Part shown: one piece after another, positions 57,611 to 64,000 of the stretch | How the letters are laid out: every line of letters starts with the position of its first letter | How positions within the stretch are numbered: the stretch's first letter is position 1 | From: a virus | IMG/VR virus record: IMGVR_UViG_3300030117_007501 | Location: 1-64,000 of that record | Direction: 5' to 3' (one strand) | DNA length: 64,000 nt | Position numbers and translations under genes: made by a program | Notes under the pieces: model-generated | What the model was told of the DNA's origin: nothing | What the model saw: only the letters and a program-made list of their open reading frames with translations | Databases searched by the model: none

Positions 57611-57829
57611 ATGTCAACATTGCTAATAATTATTAACTGTGCTATAATGTCCATATGGACTGCTTGCTTGGTATACACACACATCAAGCTTGTCAATAGC
57701 GCTATTAAGCAATTCGAAGAGCAAAACAACAATCTAACTAAAGAACTTGAAAAGCAAAGAAAAACAAAAACATTCAACATGCGTAATACAACTATTGCCG
57801 AACCTGAAGGCAAAGAGTTTTATTATTAA
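57611..57829 (+). CDS. small TM + coiled-coil protein
   Basis: N-terminal TM helix. Confidence 0.45.
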   Translation: MSTLLIIINCAIMSIWTACLVYTHIKLVNSAIKQFEEQNNNLTKELEKQRKTKTFNMRNTTIAEPEGKEFYY

Positions 57830-57840
57830 GGAAGCACACC

Positions 57841-58032
57841 ATGAAGATTGAAATTGGTACCCTCATAACCATCATCACCCTAAGCATTGCTATCGGTGGA
57901 GCATATTATTCAATGTCTGATAATATCTCTGATCTCGAGACTAAAGTCGCCATTTTGGAAAAAACAATCAAAAAGTGCAAATGTGGGCATAAAAAAATTT
58001 CCCCGCGAAAAAAATCAAAATTTCGCGACTAA
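57841..58032 (+). CDS. small TM + coiled-coil protein
   Basis: N-terminal TM helix, LETKVAILE. Confidence 0.5.
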   Translation: MKIEIGTLITIITLSIAIGGAYYSMSDNISDLETKVAILEKTIKKCKCGHKKISPRKKSKFRD

Positions 58033-58059
58033 TTACAACATAACTTAAGGAACTCATTA

Positions 58060-58491
58060 ATGAAACTCAAAACTTCATATATTAAAAAAATTATCCGCGA
58101 AGAAATCGATTCGAATCTTCCCGACTCCAACAGGTGGCGAGACTTTTGGCTAAATGGGCCGGGTGGGCAATTTGCTGATTCTGATGATACCACCCGGCGC
58201 ATTGTCGAGCTTTTTGTTCAAGACTTGCGCAAAATGACTGCGCATGCGGATGCTGTTATTGAGAAGTCTGAGTGGAGTAGCGGGCCCGACAATGCTGCTT
58301 TCTTTCGCATGCGTGAGTTTATGAGAAGCAAGTGGTTTGGCAAAACGGGGATTCTGTCCACCAACATGCCACCCCGCTCTTCGGAGTTTCTCCAGAACTA
58401 TAAAGATTGGGGCATGCCATCGTGGGGAGAGAGTCGTTCCGCAGCTCAGTGGGCTCAGACAGACTTTTTTCACAATTGGTTGGGAGAATAA
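58060..58491 (+). CDS. MKIT-leader protein
   Basis: MKLKTSYIKKIIREE. Confidence 0.6.
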   Translation: MKLKTSYIKKIIREEIDSNLPDSNRWRDFWLNGPGGQFADSDDTTRRIVELFVQDLRKMTAHADAVIEKSEWSSGPDNAAFFRMREFMRSKWFGKTGILSTNMPPRSSEFLQNYKDWGMPSWGESRSAAQWAQTDFFHNWLGE

Positions 58492-58492
58492 C

Positions 58493-58654
58493 ATGTGCAT
58501 TATATGTATTGAGCTTGAAAAAGACAAACTCACAGCTTCAGAGGCGTTTCGAAACTTTTGGGAAATGAAGGACTCAATTGAAGAAGAGCATATCGAGGAA
58601 GTTACCGAAGCTATACTTACAGCATTTCACGAAGAACTTGGAGAAGAACAATGA
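58493..58654 (+). CDS. small CxxC protein
   Basis: GGAG RBS; MCIICIE...KLTASEAFRN..EM. Confidence 0.55.
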   Translation: MCIICIELEKDKLTASEAFRNFWEMKDSIEEEHIEEVTEAILTAFHEELGEEQ

Positions 58655-58941
58655 AAAAAGAAGATATAATTAAAATGATTCAAGAGGAAGTAACTCAAAT
58701 TTTGAATGAACATTCTCCTGATGACTTCTCAGATCTGGAAGGGCGAGAGGAGACTAGCTGGGAACCAGATGAGGTTGGTGATGTTATACAAGCTGGAGTG
58801 ACTGCTGTTGTTGAAGCTCTTTACTCATATGATCCAAGCCAGGATGCTCTCGATGCATTAGAATTACAGGTTAAAGAAGCTTTGTCATCCATTAGGGGCG
58901 GAGTTATCGAAGACATTGTGTCAGGTAAAGCGAGGATATGA
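58651..58941 (+). CDS. leader-bearing hypothetical protein
   Basis: MKKEDIIKMIQEE..ILNE. Confidence 0.55.
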   Translation: MKKEDIIKMIQEEVTQILNEHSPDDFSDLEGREETSWEPDEVGDVIQAGVTAVVEALYSYDPSQDALDALELQVKEALSSIRGGVIEDIVSGKARI

Positions 58942-59192
58942 AGTGGGGCGTTAAAATATTAACGCTTTTATTTATTTTCTCCTTCCTGCCTATCTCTGCG
59001 TCTGCTCAAAATAAAGATGCAAAAACAAAATTTTATAACTTCGACGACTTACTTATCGACGGTAAAGTGCAGAAACCAAAAGTACTTTGGGTGGATGCAC
59101 GCCAGAAAGTCAAATTCGAAAAGCTTTTAAAGCTAAAAAAAGATTTCATGCCCAAGCTCTTAGGCACAAGAAAAGACATGTCTCTTCGATAG
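58938..59192 (+). CDS. CglF/GltF-like secreted small protein
   Basis: signal peptide ASA-Q; FYNFDDLLIDGKVQKP...ARQKVKFEKLLKLKKDFMPKL. Confidence 0.6.
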   Translation: MKWGVKILTLLFIFSFLPISASAQNKDAKTKFYNFDDLLIDGKVQKPKVLWVDARQKVKFEKLLKLKKDFMPKLLGTRKDMSLR

Positions 59193-59263
59193 CCGATTTT
59201 ATTCAAGATTACAGAAAAACAAACTAGTTATTATATTAATATTGAAAAGGAGTTCATAATATT

Positions 59264-59731
59264 ATGAAAATTACCAAGAAAACACTTGAGAAAATGATAA
59301 GAGAGTCTCTCGAGGATAGATTTAATGTAAGCGAAGAAGCAGCACCTGACGTGGTTGACATGTCTTCTTCCTCGCTTCCCGGAGAAGTTAAGAGAGTCCT
59401 CAATATACCGAGAGCAGACGAGATACTTGCTTCGCTAGCAGATGCCATTGAAGCTCAAAAGTCTCCTCAAATAAAGGCAAACGTATACACTCTTATATTA
59501 CAAGCCATCGGATTGGATACTGTAGACGAACTGCAGGCATTTCGCAGTCTCATCCAAACCCGACTAGCTAAGGCAGAAAGCGAAGGCGCGAAAGAATCAG
59601 AACTAGCACAAGCAGAGACGTCAGCACCACCACCGGTTGATAGCGCAGCAGACTTAGAAGAGAATAAGCAATTTGCCGCCGTACTCAAAAAACTAGTGCA
59701 GCAGGAAATTAAAAACACTACTAGAAAGTAA
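59264..59731 (+). CDS. MKIT-leader protein
   Basis: MKITKKTLEKMIRESLE. Confidence 0.65.
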   Translation: MKITKKTLEKMIRESLEDRFNVSEEAAPDVVDMSSSSLPGEVKRVLNIPRADEILASLADAIEAQKSPQIKANVYTLILQAIGLDTVDELQAFRSLIQTRLAKAESEGAKESELAQAETSAPPPVDSAADLEENKQFAAVLKKLVQQEIKNTTRK

Positions 59732-59745
59732 TCGGAGATATAACA

Positions 59746-60078
59746 GTGAATATAACAAAAAACACGTTAAAGTATCTGATAAAAGAAACAATGTACGATA
59801 TGGTTAATGCTAAGACTCCCGATTCCTCATCGTACATAGAAGACGAAGTTTCCAAAGAAGCTGAACGAGAAATCTCTTGGGGGAAAGTTCTGGACTCCCT
59901 TAACCCCCAAAGAGAAGAAAATAGCGAGCATTTTAGAAACATTGTCCTTAAAGCTATGACTCTCGCAGCTGAAGAAAATTCAGAATTTTTGTTGGACATG
60001 ATGGAAGATATCACAGATGATTCTGAGGTTAGAAATATACTAATGAATCATATCGAAAAGATATTTAAAAATGAATAA
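59746..60078 (+). CDS. MKIT-leader protein
   Basis: MNITKNTLKYLIKE. Confidence 0.6.
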   Translation: MNITKNTLKYLIKETMYDMVNAKTPDSSSYIEDEVSKEAEREISWGKVLDSLNPQREENSEHFRNIVLKAMTLAAEENSEFLLDMMEDITDDSEVRNILMNHIEKIFKNE

Positions 60079-60099
60079 ATTTAATGTAATATAACACTT

Positions 60100-60588
60100 A
60101 TGTTGCATGCTCTCGAACAATTTAAGTGGCACACTGGTTCCGATAAAGATACTACGTTCGATGAGATTATTAAAAAAGCAAAAGCATGTATATCTGACGG
60201 CGGCAAACTCTTTGTTGGATCCGATTCTTTTATATCCAAAAATAAAGTTAATTTCGCCACAGCCATATGTCTCTATGGTGATGGCAAGGGAGGTAGATAT
60301 TTCTTTCATAAGGAATGTTTGCCAAAAAAGAAATTCAATGTTCTCGTGTATCGAATAACAGAGGAGGTTCGTCGCTCTGTTGAGATAGGCGAATACTTCA
60401 TGAATACGCACAACATCGAACCATCTAATATAGAATTGCATATTGACGTTTCTCCGTTTCACGCAAAAGCTGCTACGTCTAGCTTTGCTGACATGTTGAG
60501 TGGCTATGTAACCGGCGCAGGCTTTGAATGCAAGATTAAACCCGACAGTTGGGCTGCTCAATCTGTAGCCGACAAACATTCTAAATAA
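60100..60588 (+). CDS. RNase H-like YkuK family protein
   Basis: VGSDS, FATAI, GGRYF, EVRRS, LHIDV, KPDSWAAQSVAD. Confidence 0.85.
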   Translation: MLHALEQFKWHTGSDKDTTFDEIIKKAKACISDGGKLFVGSDSFISKNKVNFATAICLYGDGKGGRYFFHKECLPKKKFNVLVYRITEEVRRSVEIGEYFMNTHNIEPSNIELHIDVSPFHAKAATSSFADMLSGYVTGAGFECKIKPDSWAAQSVADKHSK

Positions 60589-60597
60589 GAGAGTAAC

Positions 60598-60912
60598 ATG
60601 GACGCACCAAACAAAATAATGCACTTATCTTATACCGTCAGTCAGCACGACTTGGTGCAAACTTGGCTGGATATGATGCATCCAGGCGAAAACATAGTCG
60701 TTATGCATGATCCAGGAAAACACGTAAAGATGCTTGAAAAGATGGGATTTGCTTTACCCGACGAAGAAATGTGGGAAAGTAAAATATTGGTTATTCAGGT
60801 TTCAGAGATAGATGAAGCGTTATGGATAATTAAAAATGTCAGCCATGAGGTTGGGCCATACTGCCAGGCTTGGATCAATGGTAGATATATAACAGACAAT
60901 ATAGATTGTTGA
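60598..60912 (+). CDS. hypothetical protein
   Basis: 104-aa ORF. Confidence 0.5.
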   Translation: MDAPNKIMHLSYTVSQHDLVQTWLDMMHPGENIVVMHDPGKHVKMLEKMGFALPDEEMWESKILVIQVSEIDEALWIIKNVSHEVGPYCQAWINGRYITDNIDC

Positions 60913-60921
60913 GGGGGTACC

Positions 60922-61098
60922 ATGATAGACATTATTGACATTTTGATACGAAGCATCAAGCAGAAAATAAAGAAAAGAGAAGAGGAAACGCCCCGAGAAC
61001 AACCGAGAATAGAACCTCCGCCTCCCCCGCCTCCAAAAACCAAAACACCAAACACAGAAAAGAAGCCAGAGAAAAGAGTTATTATAATAGACATTTAA
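60922..61098 (+). CDS. small Pro-rich protein ending RVIIIDI
   Basis: 58 aa translated by hand; GAGGGGG RBS. Confidence 0.55.
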   Translation: MIDIIDILIRSIKQKIKKREEETPREQPRIEPPPPPPPKTKTPNTEKKPEKRVIIIDI

Positions 61099-61112
61099 AT
61101 ACTATTTATTGT

Positions 61113-61523
61113 ATGAAACTTATTATGAAAGGCTGGAGACTTTTTGTGAATGAGAGCAAGGATAGTAAGATAGTGGCAAAGATTGTTCTTATTGACGAAG
61201 ATAACAAGGTATTGTTTCTTAAGAGAACAAACTATGTGAAGAAATATGCCGGAAAGTGGGATTTGCCTGGTGGACATGTGCACGAAAACGAAGCCGTAAT
61301 TGATGGACTTCGAAGGGAAGTGAAGGAAGAGACAGGACTTGACATAAAAAACGTCGAAAAAATAAAAGATGTGGGAAACCACAAGTACTTCAAGGCTACT
61401 TTACCCAAAGGTGAAGTTAAATTAAGCTCTGAACATTCGGAATCTAAGATGAGAGACGTAAAAAACATCAAAAATCCTAACAAATATGAAAAAATAGTAC
61501 AGGAAATTTTCGAAAATGACTGA
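61113..61523 (+). CDS. Nudix hydrolase with W-type leader
   Basis: WDLPGG...E......RREVKEETGL Nudix box. Confidence 0.9.
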   Translation: MKLIMKGWRLFVNESKDSKIVAKIVLIDEDNKVLFLKRTNYVKKYAGKWDLPGGHVHENEAVIDGLRREVKEETGLDIKNVEKIKDVGNHKYFKATLPKGEVKLSSEHSESKMRDVKNIKNPNKYEKIVQEIFEND

Positions 61524-62352
61524 TTTTAAAAACAAGTGGAACAAATATCTCACCGAACAAGAGTTCGATGCTTCAAAATTGACTATCAAGGATAAACTTA
61601 ATTCAAAATTTTGGAACAGAGGTAGGCTTGAGCCCGAAGTAAGAGGCAGATTGGCTGAAATAGCAGAAGAATTTTACTCTTCCGTGCAGGAATCTGCTCC
61701 GAGTGCTCCAAATTTCGAAGATATAACGTTCACAGGCTCTCTCGCCAGCTACAATTATCACGGCGCTAGCGATATAGACTTGCATTTGTTGGTAGACTTT
61801 AGCGAAATAGGAGAAACTGAAGAAATTTTATCGGAATTTTTCGCCCTTAAGAGAATACAATGGAACAATAGCCACAATATTCGAATATTTGGACACGAAG
61901 TTGAGATTTATATACAAGATATAAACGAAGAGCACTTTTCAAACGGGGTTTATTCAGTCCTTCTCGGCGAGTGGCTTGAGATGCCAGTCAGAGAAGAGAT
62001 AGATATTGATTTCGAAACTACAAAAAAGAAGTACGAAGCATTATCTCTTGAAATTTCTCAACTTTCGAAACTTTTCCAAAAGAAAGAGTACAAAAAAGTC
62101 TATGATCATGCCTCTAAACTAAAGGAAAAGATTAAAAACATGCGCGTAGCAGGATTAGAGGATGAAGGTGTCTATTCTGCGGAGAATTTGGCGTTTAAAA
62201 TGTTAAGAAACAATGATGAAATCAAAGATTTGATGTCTTTGAGGACAACCTCATATGATATGATGATGTCAATGAGTAAAGAAGAGACAAAAAAAATAAA
62301 CATATCTGAAAATTGGAAACTATTTCGTAAAGGAGGCTTGGTAAATGGATGA
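61516..62352 (+). CDS. pol-beta-like nucleotidyltransferase with W-type leader
   Basis: TGSLASYNY...SDIDLH...EVEIY. Confidence 0.75.
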   Translation: MTDFKNKWNKYLTEQEFDASKLTIKDKLNSKFWNRGRLEPEVRGRLAEIAEEFYSSVQESAPSAPNFEDITFTGSLASYNYHGASDIDLHLLVDFSEIGETEEILSEFFALKRIQWNNSHNIRIFGHEVEIYIQDINEEHFSNGVYSVLLGEWLEMPVREEIDIDFETTKKKYEALSLEISQLSKLFQKKEYKKVYDHASKLKEKIKNMRVAGLEDEGVYSAENLAFKMLRNNDEIKDLMSLRTTSYDMMMSMSKEETKKINISENWKLFRKGGLVNG

Positions 62353-62680
62353 TTCAATGAAAAAATGGAAAAATTTTCTTTTAAAAGAGGAAAATGAGTT
62401 GGATGTAGTCGACAAAAGCCCCGTAGTAGATGCGAGAAGAGGAGATTCGGAAATTCTTGGCGAATATTTGCAAGAAATTCAAAACATGGCAATGAGAATT
62501 TTAGAAATGGAGAAAGAAATTAAAGAAAAAGAGCTTTCTTATTATCCTGGGTATGAATTTCGAAATGCCGCAAAGCAACTAGCTGACGCTGACGAGTTTG
62601 GTAGCCTCGCCAACAGACTCAGTAGGTGGATATCCAACGAAACTAGGATGAAAACCCTCCGTCACGAACTCGAAAAGTAA
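62345..62680 (+). CDS. W-type leader protein
   Basis: MKKWKNFLLKEE. Confidence 0.55.
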   Translation: MDDSMKKWKNFLLKEENELDVVDKSPVVDARRGDSEILGEYLQEIQNMAMRILEMEKEIKEKELSYYPGYEFRNAAKQLADADEFGSLANRLSRWISNETRMKTLRHELEK

Positions 62681-62682
62681 AA

Positions 62683-63024
62683 ATGACTAAATATAAGGCA
62701 AAACTAATCCGGATTGTCGACGGAGACACCATCGATGCAGAAATCGATGTAGGTTTTGACGTATTTGTTAGAAAAAGGATTCGTTTATGGGGAATTAACG
62801 CCCCTGAGACGCGTTCTACGGATAAAGATGAGGTTAAGGCTGGGGAGATGACTTTACGTCGCCTGAGCGAGATTCTAGCCCTCTCAAATGGCGAATTTGA
62901 GCTGATAACTCATGGTGATGGCAAGTTCGGCAGGTGTTTGGGGGAAATATTCGTAAAAGATCATAAGGAAAGCGTGAATCAGGTACTAATTAATGAAGGA
63001 TTCGCTACGGAGTACGAAAAATGA
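62683..63024 (+). CDS. thermonuclease (SNase-like)
   Basis: VDGDTID, RIRLWGINAPE, GKFGRCL. Confidence 0.88.
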   Translation: MTKYKAKLIRIVDGDTIDAEIDVGFDVFVRKRIRLWGINAPETRSTDKDEVKAGEMTLRRLSEILALSNGEFELITHGDGKFGRCLGEIFVKDHKESVNQVLINEGFATEYEK

Positions 63025-63329
63025 AAAAGCTTTTTGAAAATTGGTATGGGTACCTCGAAGATCACCCGGATGCACCAACACCAGGGGAGATTGCAGATGA
63101 AAAAAGATATAACGAGAGGATTGGAAAGCTACAAGACATGGTTATGCAAATCGCGCCCGATATTGTTGCCCGTTTAATAGGGCTTAAGAGCCCCGGACAG
63201 TTTATAGACTCTGAAGATTTCGCCGCTGACGTTGCCTTTCAAGCGGAAGGTAACAACCTTGACGAATTGTGCGAATGGCTACTAGAAGAATTTAACGTCG
63301 ATATATCAGATGTAGACGAAGAGGGGTAG
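63021..63329 (+). CDS. W-type leader protein
   Basis: MKKLFENWYGYLE. Confidence 0.55.
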   Translation: MKKLFENWYGYLEDHPDAPTPGEIADEKRYNERIGKLQDMVMQIAPDIVARLIGLKSPGQFIDSEDFAADVAFQAEGNNLDELCEWLLEEFNVDISDVDEEG

Positions 63330-63333
63330 TCGC

Positions 63334-64000
63334 GTGCCAAATTCGTTTCATAAAATTTGGAAACAGTTCCGAACAGATCCAGCACTACTCCTAGAAGCAA
63401 GAATAAAGGACATAAAAGCAAAATACCCCGATTTAGATCTATCTGGTTTCATAAATTACGGCCGCGATCAAATACAGAGCGAACTTGGGCCCAAGGGAGT
63501 TTCGAAATATCTCTTATGGTTTGCCCGTGAAATGCACAATAATTTTAAAGACGACATAGAGGAAGATCAATATTGGCACTCGAATGCTCGTTTCGACGAA
63601 GACGTTTTCGCTGTCGCGCGAGAAATACTAAGCACTATTGAATTGTTTCATATTAGACATCAAAGGTTAGAAGATAAAGATATTTACAACTATAACTCGG
63701 CAGAAATTCTTTCTATGCTCGAAAAAATGGGCCCGTCTGAGAGAGAGAAGAGACAGCGCAAGAAAGAAGAAGCGATGGAAGGATCTGAAGTCGTGTATGA
63801 TGATAATAATATATTTGCAATTCGCCCATATACAAAAGAGGCTTCTTGCTTTTATGGCAAAAACACCAGATGGTGCATATCCGCTACTGAATCTCGAAAC
63901 TATTTTCAACAATACACTTCAGAATATCAAGCATTTGTGATGGCGAGATTTGATAATATCCCTACTACCAACGAGCTTCACAAGCTTGCTCTTGTTTATA
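63334..64000 (+). CDS. partial ORF running off the window, W-type leader
   Basis: missing from the track; MPNSFHKIWKQFR...LLLE...SCFYGKNTRWCIS; no stop seen. Confidence 0.65.
   Translation, partial: MPNSFHKIWKQFRTDPALLLEARIKDIKAKYPDLDLSGFINYGRDQIQSELGPKGVSKYLLWFAREMHNNFKDDIEEDQYWHSNARFDEDVFAVAREILSTIELFHIRHQRLEDKDIYNYNSAEILSMLEKMGPSEREKRQRKKEEAMEGSEVVYDDNNIFAIRPYTKEASCFYGKNTRWCISATESRNYFQQYTSEYQAFVMARFDNIPTTNELHKLALVY

Overview
This window is a 64-kb slice of a large (jumbo-type) lytic dsDNA phage genome. Essentially all genes are on the + strand and use the standard code. About 1-38 kb holds replication, nucleotide-metabolism and protein-folding genes: RecA-like recombinase, 5'-3' exonuclease, DnaB-like helicase, class II ribonucleotide reductase, ThyX, DnaE, dUTPase, IMPDH/GMP reductase, ClpP, GroEL, GroES-like, DnaK, FKBP PPIase, a DNA methyltransferase with an adjacent nuclease, and UvsE. 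About 38-55 kb is a small-ORF accessory/early region with many sigma70-type promoters and three tRNAs (Arg-UCU, Thr-UGU, Lys-UUU). After a C-tract at about 55 kb, base composition changes and genes carry a different upstream motif (ACTANTTA). Host-like genes point to a Myxococcota-like (or Bdellovibrionota-like) host. The most notable observations are: (1) two tandem arrays of variable ~50-70 aa 'MKVGDLV' mini-genes joined by a conserved ~31-bp dual-coding repeat that is at once RBS, start codon, upstream C-terminus and stop codon; (2) phage-encoded homologues of myxobacterial gliding/adhesion proteins (a CglF-like protein and two vWA lipoproteins with CglD-like architecture); (3) two families of shared N-terminal leaders on unrelated proteins, co-occurring with a candidate late promoter, which look like capsid-targeting sequences. 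All family assignments come from recognising motifs by eye; no searches were run.
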